A DNA stretch of 36,958 nt from Eubacteriales bacterium (GCA_045636245.1 JAZTXA010000146.1:1-36958); one strand, 5' to 3'; shown: positions 16,971 to 25,059, counted from the stretch's first letter. Numbers and translations: made by a program. The notes: generated by a model from the sequence alone, not told the origin.

Positions 16971-19900
16971 ATGGCTTTGAAAAAACTTTTATCTATGCTC
17001 CTTGCTATACTCATGGTAGTAGGTACACTCACAGCTTCTTTTGCGGTTACGATATATGCGGACGAAGAGGAAGACACACAGACGGGTGAGACCGAAACCG
17101 AAGGCGAGGAAGAAGAGGAAGACTCCGGTAATATCGACTATACAAGAGTTGAGTACGATTCACCGGAAGATAAACTCAAATCAATGACTCTCCGTGTTCA
17201 GAACAACAACTATGAGCTTTATTCTTTCGCAAGAACGGGTGAAGTTGCTGTTCGTGACAGAAGATCGGGACAGATACTTTTCTCAAACCCCTATGACCTT
17301 GGCTCAACCACAGGTTCTGCGGATACAAAAGAAATGCTTCTGTCACAGGTAATCGTTGAATTTACAAACGGTTCCAAAAACCAGACATACTACAGCTATA
17401 AGGAAGCGGCTCTCCGTGACCAGATAATCGTTAAGAATATTCAGAACGGTTTGAGAGTTGAGTATGCAATAGGACGTACGGAAACAAGAAAGCTTGTTCC
17501 GCGTCAGATCACAAAAGAAAGCTTTGAAACAAATATTATTGCAAAGCTTAAAGAAGCAGGTGTTTCCAACTGGCTTTTGAACAAGTTCACAGCTTACTAT
17601 CTGCTTAAAGACCCCACAGCAGCGGGTGTCACACAGACAACTCTTAACGCGATGTATAACCAGTGGCCTATCACAAAGAAGTATGCCATCTACGTGCTTT
17701 CCAACGATACAAAGGACAGAGAGTACAACTGGATTGAAGAGCAGATCAAAAAATACTGCCCTGAATACACATACGAAAAGCTTGACGAAGACCACGATCT
17801 CGTTGAGTACAGCGTTACAGACACAGCTCCCCCCTTGTTCCGTCTTTCTATTGAGTATACGCTTGACGAACAGGGACTTACCGCAAGACTTGCGGCAAAC
17901 GGTATCCGTTTCAACGAGGCCAACTATAAGCTGAAGAAGCTTACTATCCTGCCTTATTTCGGCGCAGGTAACAGTAAGGATAACGAAGGCTACACATTTA
18001 TTCCTGACGGAAGCGGTACGCTGACAAGATTCGAAGACGTTGATACACAGCTTTCACTCAGTGCGAAAATGTACGGTTCCGACTTTGCATACCACACAGA
18101 TGATCCTCAGCACCGTCAGGCGATGAGACTTCCTGTATTCGGTATTGTGGAAAATTATGTCGAATCGAATACATACAGAGTAAATGTTCCGCTCAACAAG
18201 TATTATTACGCAGACGGCACGGAAATAACAAGATATATTTCCGAAAATGCTGACAAGGGTTGGTTCAACGTATATCCCGAAAACGGTGTATTCTATGACA
18301 AAGACGGAAAAGCTGCTCACACAATGAAGAACGGCGAATATCCCGAAGATATGGAATATATCGACGCATACGGAAATCTTATCAGCACAAAGTCTGTCAC
18401 AGAAACCTCAACATATGAGGAAGACAGAGGATATTTTGCTATCCTTCTTGAAGGTGACGCACTTGCTGAAATTTCCACAAACCACGGCGGTGTTCTCCAT
18501 GACTACAGCTCTGTTGCAACATCGTTCTACCCCCGTCCTACCGACTCGTATAACCTTGCTGATGCAACAAGTGTCGGCGCAAATGCGATGTGGACGGTAA
18601 CATCAAAGCGTAGATACACAGGCAGCTACATAATCAGATACACAATGCTTACAGATGAAGCAAAAGCGGCTGATTATAATGCTTATCTTGAAGATCCCGA
18701 AGGCTACAGAGATAATCTTATTTCAGGTCTTGTCCCTGATGCTGAAGGAAATGTTGACACATCATCACTCTTCATTCCCGATGTTAAGGTTGATAATTAT
18801 AAATATTATCCCGCATCGTATATGGGTATGGTAAATGTCTGCAGAGATTATCTTGAAGGTGAAGGAATCCTTACAAGACTTAAGGCAGAAGATGTAAAAG
18901 ACGATATTCCCCTTTGTATCGAAACAATGGGTGTTATCAAATCTACAGATAAAATTTTGAGTATTCCCGTAGAAGTCAAAGTACCTCTTACAACATTTGG
19001 CGATGTCAAGACTATGTACGGTATGTTGGCTGAAAAGGACATCACAAATGTCAACTTCAAGCTTACGGGCTATGCAAACGGCGGTGTTACATCTACTGTT
19101 CCCAACAAAGTTAAGTGGGAAAAGAAAGTAGGCGGTGCTAGCGGATTCGAGGATCTTATGGCGTTCGCTGAAGAAAAGGATATTGGTATATATCCTGAAT
19201 TTGAATTCTCTTATTTGCAGAGTGTTTCGCTCTTTGACGGCTTCAACTACAAGAAGCATGCAGTTCAGACAATGGACGGCAGATACCCGTCACAGCGTGA
19301 ATATAACCCTGCATACCAGGAATTCTATAAGACGGGCTTCAACCCCATTTCTCCTTCTGTTTTCGAATATTTCTATGACAAAATGTCAAAAGATCTTCTT
19401 GAAACAAAGCCCACAGGTATTTCCGTTTCAACTCTTGGTTCGGATCTTAACTCCGACTTTAACGAGGACGATCCTTACAACAGAGAAGACAGCAAGGAAT
19501 TTGTAAAAGATCTGCTTGCAAAGATGCAGAACGATTTCGGCAAAGTAATGGTAAGCGGCGGTAACTCCTTTGTTCTCCCGTATACAGATTACATTCTCAA
19601 TGTACCGCTTGATTCCAGCCAATACCTGAAATCAAGTAACGCAATACCTTTCGTGGGTATGGTTCTCCACGGATATGTAAACTTTACAGGTTCTGCCCTT
19701 AATATGGCAGGTGACTTGGACTACGAACTTTTGAAGGCAATTGAAAACGGTTCTTCGATGTATTTCGTACTTTGTTATCAGAATACGAACAAACTCAAGG
19801 AAGACGTTACACTTCAGAAGTACTATTCTGTAAACTTCGATACATGGCTTGAAGGTCTCGCTGAAAGCTATCACAAGCTCAACGGTGCTATAAGCGATGT

Positions 19901-20387
19901 TCAGGATAAGCTCATAATCGATCACGAATTTATCTCCGGCGTGCGTGTTCTTACAGAAGAAGAATATCAGCAGGCAGTTGCAGATAAGCTTCGTGCAGAG
20001 GAAGAATCAAAGAAGGAAGAAACGGAGGCACCCGAAACAGAAGCTCCTGTTGATTCCGAAACAGAAGCACCTGTTGATTCAGATGCTCCCGTTGACAGTG
20101 ATTCCTCTGTTGGAACGGATGCTCCTGTAGAAGATACTGAAACAGACGCTCCCGCAGAAGACGCTCCCGCAGAAGATGATGCTGAAGAAGATAAGGAAGA
20201 TGAAAAACTTTCCATCGAAGAACAGATCGCAGCAGAAAACGTTATTGACAATGGCAAGATCGTTAAGGTAACTTATGAAGGCGGTAAGGTATTCATACTT
20301 AACTACAACAACTTCAAAGTTTCCGTTGACGGTGTTGAGATCGAAGCTCTCGGCTTCCACACATATACAGAAGGAGGAGAAGGCTGA
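16971..20387 (+). CDS. Large secreted or anchored acidic protein of unknown function (possibly DUF5696-type; putative glycan-active)
   Basis: 1138 aa. N-terminal hydrophobic segment LLSMLLAILMVVGTLTASFAV is followed by DEEEDTQTGETETEGEEEEED. A globular core of roughly 900 aa has no motif I can assign. The C-terminal acidic/Pro tandem-repeat linker (ETEAPVDS etc.) is followed by a tail of about 60 aa. The DUF5696 label comes from memory of similar loci and is unverified. Confidence 0.45.
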   Translation: MALKKLLSMLLAILMVVGTLTASFAVTIYADEEEDTQTGETETEGEEEEEDSGNIDYTRVEYDSPEDKLKSMTLRVQNNNYELYSFARTGEVAVRDRRSGQILFSNPYDLGSTTGSADTKEMLLSQVIVEFTNGSKNQTYYSYKEAALRDQIIVKNIQNGLRVEYAIGRTETRKLVPRQITKESFETNIIAKLKEAGVSNWLLNKFTAYYLLKDPTAAGVTQTTLNAMYNQWPITKKYAIYVLSNDTKDREYNWIEEQIKKYCPEYTYEKLDEDHDLVEYSVTDTAPPLFRLSIEYTLDEQGLTARLAANGIRFNEANYKLKKLTILPYFGAGNSKDNEGYTFIPDGSGTLTRFEDVDTQLSLSAKMYGSDFAYHTDDPQHRQAMRLPVFGIVENYVESNTYRVNVPLNKYYYADGTEITRYISENADKGWFNVYPENGVFYDKDGKAAHTMKNGEYPEDMEYIDAYGNLISTKSVTETSTYEEDRGYFAILLEGDALAEISTNHGGVLHDYSSVATSFYPRPTDSYNLADATSVGANAMWTVTSKRRYTGSYIIRYTMLTDEAKAADYNAYLEDPEGYRDNLISGLVPDAEGNVDTSSLFIPDVKVDNYKYYPASYMGMVNVCRDYLEGEGILTRLKAEDVKDDIPLCIETMGVIKSTDKILSIPVEVKVPLTTFGDVKTMYGMLAEKDITNVNFKLTGYANGGVTSTVPNKVKWEKKVGGASGFEDLMAFAEEKDIGIYPEFEFSYLQSVSLFDGFNYKKHAVQTMDGRYPSQREYNPAYQEFYKTGFNPISPSVFEYFYDKMSKDLLETKPTGISVSTLGSDLNSDFNEDDPYNREDSKEFVKDLLAKMQNDFGKVMVSGGNSFVLPYTDYILNVPLDSSQYLKSSNAIPFVGMVLHGYVNFTGSALNMAGDLDYELLKAIENGSSMYFVLCYQNTNKLKEDVTLQKYYSVNFDTWLEGLAESYHKLNGAISDVQDKLIIDHEFISGVRVLTEEEYQQAVADKLRAEEESKKEETEAPETEAPVDSETEAPVDSDAPVDSDSSVGTDAPVEDTETDAPAEDAPAEDDAEEDKEDEKLSIEEQIAAENVIDNGKIVKVTYEGGKVFILNYNNFKVSVDGVEIEALGFHTYTEGGEG
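20035..20174 (+). repeat. In-frame tandem repeats encoding the acidic linker
   Basis: A 24-nt unit, GAAACAGAAGCTCCTGTTGATTCC (20035-20058), repeats at 20059-20082 with 2 mismatches, and a degenerate third unit follows at 20083-20106. A perfect 15-nt duplication, GACGCTCCCGCAGAA, lies at 20145-20159 and 20160-20174. Confidence 0.85.
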
Positions 20388-21361
20388 TGAATAATACTGC
20401 AAACGAAAAGCTTGTAAAAGCGGCTCCCAAGAAAAAACGCCGCATAGCTTCGCTTGATAAGAAGAAGGCAAGAGCAGGTTATATATTTGTACTTCCGTTT
20501 ATAATCGGTCTTGTGGCAATGTATTTGCCGATCATTTATGACTCCATTCTGTACAGCTTTACAAATATCAAGCACGGCGCAGACGGATATCAGCTGATGT
20601 TTGTCGGCCTTGAAAACTACCGTGACGCATTGTTCGTAGATACGACATACGTTCAGGTGCTTACAACAGGTGTCCAGCAGTTGTTCCTTGACATTCCCTG
20701 TATAGTAATATTCTCGCTGTTTATGGCTGTTCTTCTTAACCAGAAGATGATCGGCCGTGCGGCTTTCCGTGCAATTTTCTTTGTCCCCGTTGTCTTGTCA
20801 ACAGGTTTGGTTGCAAAGATCGACTCGGGCAACGAATTGCTTTCCTACATGCAGAATACCGATGAAGGTATCAGCACAGGTGCGCAAAGCACGGGCGTTT
20901 CGGAAATCGTTTCCGCAATGGACTTCAAATACTTGTTCTCAAGTATGAAAGTCGGTACTGAGCTTGTTGAATACGTTATAAGTGCTATCAACAACATTTA
21001 TAACATTGTCAACCGTTCCGGTGTTCAGATGCTTATCTTCCTTGCAGGTTTGCAGTCAATTTCCCCCGCTATTTATGAGTCGTGTGAAATTGAAGGCGCA
21101 TCTGCTTGGGAAACATTCTGGAAGATCACCTTCCCGATGATAAGCCCGATGATTCTGACAAATGCAGTTTATACGATCATTGACGCGTTTACATCTTCTA
21201 CAAATACGGTTATGTCTTATATCGATCAGGTATACAGCAAGACAGACGGTGACGTTCTTTCGTCAGCGATGGCTTGGATGTACTTCTTGATAGTAATTGC
21301 GATAATCGCCGCTGTGGTTGGTATTCTGTCAATGTACGTATTCTATCAGAGAAGAGATTAA
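20387..21361 (+). CDS. Carbohydrate ABC transporter permease (MalF-like), pair 2
   Basis: 324 aa. EAA loop IYESCEIEGASAWETFWKITFP. The start overlaps the upstream stop (TGATG). Confidence 0.9.
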   Translation: MNNTANEKLVKAAPKKKRRIASLDKKKARAGYIFVLPFIIGLVAMYLPIIYDSILYSFTNIKHGADGYQLMFVGLENYRDALFVDTTYVQVLTTGVQQLFLDIPCIVIFSLFMAVLLNQKMIGRAAFRAIFFVPVVLSTGLVAKIDSGNELLSYMQNTDEGISTGAQSTGVSEIVSAMDFKYLFSSMKVGTELVEYVISAINNIYNIVNRSGVQMLIFLAGLQSISPAIYESCEIEGASAWETFWKITFPMISPMILTNAVYTIIDAFTSSTNTVMSYIDQVYSKTDGDVLSSAMAWMYFLIVIAIIAAVVGILSMYVFYQRRD

Positions 21362-21375
21362 GGGGGTGTATGTAA

Positions 21376-22428
21376 ATGAATGCTGATGCAAGTGTAAAAA
21401 CAAAAAGAAAAGCAAAAGACACTGTAAAGGTTGATTTCGACAGAACCCCGTTCTGGCAGAGAATGAAGGCAAAGTATCTTTCACTTTACTTCCTCAAAAA
21501 GGTTGTTTGGGCATTATTCCGATACGTTTTGCTTATCGGTATATCGTATGTTATACTTTTCCCCTTCTTTGCAAAGATCGCTTCTTCGTTTATGTCGCCC
21601 GAGGACTTTGTCGATGCAACGGTTAAATTGATACCTAAGTATCCCACATTTGACCAGTATAAGTACATAGTTCTTGAGAACCATTATCTCAAAGCATTAA
21701 TGAACACAACGCTCCTTTCGTTGTCGTGTGCAGTATTCCAGACGTTTATATGTGCTATAATCGGTTATGGTTTTGCTAAATTCAAATTCAAGGGAAATGG
21801 TCTCTTGTTCGCGCTCGTTATATTCTCGATGGTCGTTCCTCACCAGACGCTCCAGCTTGCTATGTTTATGAAGTTCAGATACTTTGACGTTCTCGGTATC
21901 ATGAATTTGCTTGGTGGCGGCGTTTTCAAGGGTCTGAATATCACAGGCGGCGTAACATACTTCAATTTGACAAACCAATTCACACCGCTTATACTCCTCT
22001 CACTTACAGGATTTGCGTTTAAGAACGGTCTTTATATCTTTATGATGAGACAGTTCTATAAGGGTGTTCCCGATGAGCTTGAGGAATCCGCATATGTTGA
22101 CGGTTCGGGTGTTATGCGTACATTCTTCCAGATAATTATTCCGCTTTCCGTACCTATGATGATTACAATATTCTTGTTTGCGTTCTCATGGCAGTGGACA
22201 GACAGCTTCTACACAGGCTTGTTCTTCACGAAGACGGATATTTATATGATGAAGAGTATCGTCGCAATTCCTAAGTCGCTTGATATTACATTCGCTGCTT
22301 CAAACCTCTATAATGCTGCGATAAGAAATACTTGCGGACTTATGATAATCCTTCCCCTTGTTATCTTGTTCCTGTTCTGCCAGAGATATCTCATTCAGGG
22401 TATCGAGCGTTCAGGTATCACAGGCTAA
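21376..22428 (+). CDS. Carbohydrate ABC transporter permease (MalG-like), pair 2
   Basis: 350 aa. EAA loop LEESAYVDGSGVMRTFFQIIIP. Confidence 0.85.
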   Translation: MNADASVKTKRKAKDTVKVDFDRTPFWQRMKAKYLSLYFLKKVVWALFRYVLLIGISYVILFPFFAKIASSFMSPEDFVDATVKLIPKYPTFDQYKYIVLENHYLKALMNTTLLSLSCAVFQTFICAIIGYGFAKFKFKGNGLLFALVIFSMVVPHQTLQLAMFMKFRYFDVLGIMNLLGGGVFKGLNITGGVTYFNLTNQFTPLILLSLTGFAFKNGLYIFMMRQFYKGVPDELEESAYVDGSGVMRTFFQIIIPLSVPMMITIFLFAFSWQWTDSFYTGLFFTKTDIYMMKSIVAIPKSLDITFAASNLYNAAIRNTCGLMIILPLVILFLFCQRYLIQGIERSGITG

Positions 22429-22454
22429 TAACGGTGTACACAAACTGATAATTT

Positions 22455-22488
22455 CAAGACTGACTCAACGAGTCAGTCTTGATTTTTT
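22455..22488 (+). terminator. Intrinsic terminator of the ABC operon
   Basis: CAAGACTGACTC-aac-GAGTCAGTCTTG (12-bp stem) followed by ATTTTTT. Confidence 0.85.
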
Positions 22489-22513
22489 ATTTGTAACATT
22501 TCTTCGTAACTTC

Positions 22514-22541
22514 TTGTAATTTCACGCTTTATGTGTATAAT
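22514..22541 (+). promoter_or_regulatory. Promoter of the preQ1 riboswitch unit
   Basis: TTGTAA (22514-22519), a 16-nt spacer, then TATAAT (22536-22541) preceded by TGTG. Confidence 0.5.
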
Positions 22542-22548
22542 TAAATCA

Positions 22549-22593
22549 CCGACAGTTCGTTTGTACCATCCTGTCGTTAAACAAAACCAGGAC
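22549..22593 (+). promoter_or_regulatory. preQ1-I riboswitch
   Basis: CC-GACAG-UUCGUUUGUACCAUC-CUGUC-GUUAAACAAAACCAGGA. This is a 5-bp P1, a loop starting UUC, and an A-rich tail very close to the Thermoanaerobacter/Bacillus preQ1-I tail (UUAACAAAACAAGG). It lies upstream of a YhhQ-type transporter. Confidence 0.7.
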
Positions 22594-22617
22594 TGCTTTT
22601 CATATTTATATGATGCG

Positions 22618-22646
22618 GCTTTGCGTTTTGCAGGGCTTTTTGTTTT
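22618..22646 (+). terminator. Weak intrinsic terminator (putative riboswitch expression platform)
   Basis: GCTTTGC-guuuu-GCAGGGC (7 bp including 2 G-U pairs) followed by TTTTTGTTTT, 22 nt before the start codon. Confidence 0.4.
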
Positions 22647-22667
22647 GGGAAAATATCGGAGAAATTT

Positions 22668-23435
22668 ATGAATAAAGAAAAAAAGCAATCCCGTACACTC
22701 GGCACGGTGCTTTCGCGTGAAAAAAAAGAAACGGAGATATTGTTAAGAGCAATTCCGTCTACAGTCGTGTCTTTGTTTGTTGTAAGCGTTATATGCATGA
22801 ATCTGCTTGCAAACAAAACGCTGTATCAAAATGAATATATTGCCCTTGACGGTGGAATTTTAATATCTTGGCTGTCATTTATGTGTATGGATATCATCAC
22901 AAGATATTTCGGGCCAAAGGCATCAAATAAAATTGCAATACTTGCATGTGTTATAAATCTTTTGACGTGTCTTGTATTTTATATCGCAAGTATCATACCG
23001 TCAAACGCCAATGATTATACGGCGCTTGACACTATACTCGGCGGAACGTGGTTTATACTTTTGGGAAGCACTGTCGCTTTTCTTGTGTCGGCTGTCATAA
23101 ACAACCTTTTGAATTATGCCGTCGGAAAAGCATTTTGTGAAAACCCAAACGGAAAAACGGCATATGCGGCAAGCGCATATATTTCGACATTCATTGGTCA
23201 GTTTTTTGATAATTTCATATTTTCTATTATCGTTTTTGTCTTTTTTGCGCCGAGATACTGGAACGGATTTTGCTGGACACCTTTGCAATGCGCAATGTGT
23301 GCATTAACGGGGGCATTTGCTGAGCTTTTAATGGAGATCATTTTTTCTCCGTTTGGCTATAAAATAGTGACCAAATGGAGAGAAAACGGTGTGGGAAAAG
23401 AATATCTGAGTTGCGTTAAAGGAGAGAAAAAATGA
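22668..23435 (+). CDS. yhhQ: Queuosine-precursor transporter (YhhQ/VUT family)
   Basis: 255 aa with about 6 TM segments. MDIITRYFGPK resembles the conserved YhhQ D..nE.yG motif. A preQ1 riboswitch lies upstream. Confidence 0.75.
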   Translation: MNKEKKQSRTLGTVLSREKKETEILLRAIPSTVVSLFVVSVICMNLLANKTLYQNEYIALDGGILISWLSFMCMDIITRYFGPKASNKIAILACVINLLTCLVFYIASIIPSNANDYTALDTILGGTWFILLGSTVAFLVSAVINNLLNYAVGKAFCENPNGKTAYAASAYISTFIGQFFDNFIFSIIVFVFFAPRYWNGFCWTPLQCAMCALTGAFAELLMEIIFSPFGYKIVTKWRENGVGKEYLSCVKGEKK

Positions 23436-24082
23436 GGGTATTGATAACGGGAACATCACAAGGCATCGGATTTGGAATAGCTGAATATTTTTTGAATAAA
23501 GGTCACGAGGTCATAGGTATTGACAGACAAAATTCAAGTATTGAGCATCAGAATTACCGACATTATGTATGCGACATACGTGATTACGAAAATCTGCCCG
23601 AAATAAAAAATGTAGATATTTTAATAAACAATGCGGGAACGCAAAACGAGGACGATATCGACATAAACCTCAAGGCTTTGATACATATCACCGAAAAATA
23701 CGGTGTTCACGAGGGGATACGTTCAATTTTGAATATAGGCTCTGCAAGTGCGCATACAGGCTCTGAATTTCCCGAATACTGTGCAAGCAAGGGCGGAATA
23801 CTGTCATATACAAAAAATGTCGCTTTGCGTGTGGCAAAGTACGGTGCTGTGTGTAACAGCCTTGACCCCGGAGGTGTTATCACACCGCTTAACGAATGTG
23901 TCATGAATGATTCCGAGCTGTGGGCGCAGATAATGAACGAAACACCGCTTAAGCGTTGGGCAACTACTGAAGAAATTGCCGAATGGGCATATTTTTTGAC
24001 AGTTACAAATAAATTTTGCACAGGTCAAAATATCCTTGTGGACGGCGGGGAATCGATAAATTTTAATTTTATTTGGAAATGA
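23432..24082 (+). CDS. Short-chain dehydrogenase/reductase (SDR)
   Basis: 216 aa. TGTSQGIGFG (TGxxxGxG), NNAG and YCASK (YxxxK). There is a 4-nt ATGA overlap with the yhhQ stop. Confidence 0.85.
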   Translation: MRVLITGTSQGIGFGIAEYFLNKGHEVIGIDRQNSSIEHQNYRHYVCDIRDYENLPEIKNVDILINNAGTQNEDDIDINLKALIHITEKYGVHEGIRSILNIGSASAHTGSEFPEYCASKGGILSYTKNVALRVAKYGAVCNSLDPGGVITPLNECVMNDSELWAQIMNETPLKRWATTEEIAEWAYFLTVTNKFCTGQNILVDGGESINFNFIWK

Positions 24083-24088
24083 TAAACC

Positions 24089-24119
24089 AAAAAAACTCCT
24101 CAGCTGAGGAGTTTTTTTA
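24089..24119. terminator. Bidirectional intrinsic terminator
   Basis: AAAAAACTCCTCAGCTGAGGAGTTTTTTT, between convergent genes. Confidence 0.85.
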
Positions 24120-24189
24120 TGAAATATTGCTTTGCAATTTGAAATAATCCTGCGGATTATGAAATATCTCACTTCGCTCGATATGAAAA

Positions 24190-24792
24190 TCAAATTTGTT
24201 CAAAATTCATCAATACAGCTCTACACGGCGAGCCGTCCGCACCTGATAAATTCAGAGGTGCAGCATTTAAAAAATAAACACCTTCACACACTTCTGACAA
24301 ACGAATTCCTTCAAGCAAGATAACATTAGCACCCAAAAGCACAAGATGCACTGCCATTGGAGCATTTTGCGGTCCGATTGTCTGCGGCTCATTTCCCAAA
24401 TGCAAAATATCTGAAGATGCAAATATCTTTGCCGCTTCCAAAGATACTTCAATATCTCCTTTAATCAAAATTCTCTTTGCTGCTTCCGGACTCTGTTTTT
24501 TTGCTTTTTCAATTATTTCTACAGCATCATCAGCGGTAATGACCCCATGATGTTCTGCCACATAAGCCATTCCCACAAATGCCTCTATGCATATCTCATC
24601 CACGGTATTTCCGTCTTTAATAAAATGAGACGGTGCATCTATATGCGTGCCGTTGTGTGCACACATATTAAATGCCGTCAAATTATATGTGTCACCATTT
24701 TTTATTGATTTAATCATCTTTTTCTCCGGTGTCGGGTCGTCGGGGTACACCTGACAACTGAAAACTTCTTGGGAAATATCGTAGATTTTCAT
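24190..24792 (-). CDS. Cyclase family protein (kynurenine formamidase-like fold)
   Basis: ORF trimmed to MKIYDISQEV, with GGAG 8 nt upstream. Motifs CAHNGTHIDAPSHF and a HxGTHxDxPxH-type metal site. Confidence 0.8.
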   Translation of the reverse strand: MKIYDISQEVFSCQVYPDDPTPEKKMIKSIKNGDTYNLTAFNMCAHNGTHIDAPSHFIKDGNTVDEICIEAFVGMAYVAEHHGVITADDAVEIIEKAKKQSPEAAKRILIKGDIEVSLEAAKIFASSDILHLGNEPQTIGPQNAPMAVHLVLLGANVILLEGIRLSEVCEGVYFLNAAPLNLSGADGSPCRAVLMNFEQI

Positions 24793-24865
24793 TGCTTCAG
24801 TCTCCACTTCAAACAAAATTTATTGAATAGATTATACCACAGATTTCAACACTTTTTGATGAAAG

Positions 24866-25020
24866 CGCACAAGGTGCGGTTAAATCCGAGCAAGCTCAGA
24901 TGAAATCTGCTTCGCAGATGAAATTAAATCCACCAGCGCCCGTCGCCGCGGCGGATTTCACACGCTACATGTGTATTTCATATTGCGAAGCAATATTTAG
25001 CGCGCCCGTAAGGGTGGATT
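24866..25020. repeat. Array of about 7 short GC-rich tri/tetraloop hairpins separated by A/T-rich GATTTCA/GAAAT-like spacers
   Basis: Hairpins seen: CGCAC-aag-GTGCG; GAGCaaGCTC; ATCTGC-ttc-GCAGAT; AAATCCaCC...GGcGGATTT; ACAC...GTGT; ATATTGC-gaa-GCAATAT; CGCCC-gtaa-GGGTG. Confidence 0.5.
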
Positions 25021-25026
25021 TAGTTG

Positions 25027-25058
25027 AAAAACCGACTTGTCGAAACAAGTCGGTTTTT
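25027..25058 (-). terminator. Intrinsic terminator downstream of tRNA-Leu
   Basis: ACCGACTTGT-cgaa-ACAAGTCGGT (10-bp stem) flanked by A5/T5. Confidence 0.8.
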
Positions 25059-25059
25059 C

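Noticed and set aside
19967-20257. 96-aa Ser/Ala-rich minus-strand ORF.
   Set aside because: It is the antisense reading of the acidic tandem-repeat linker. The open frame is explained by low-complexity composition.
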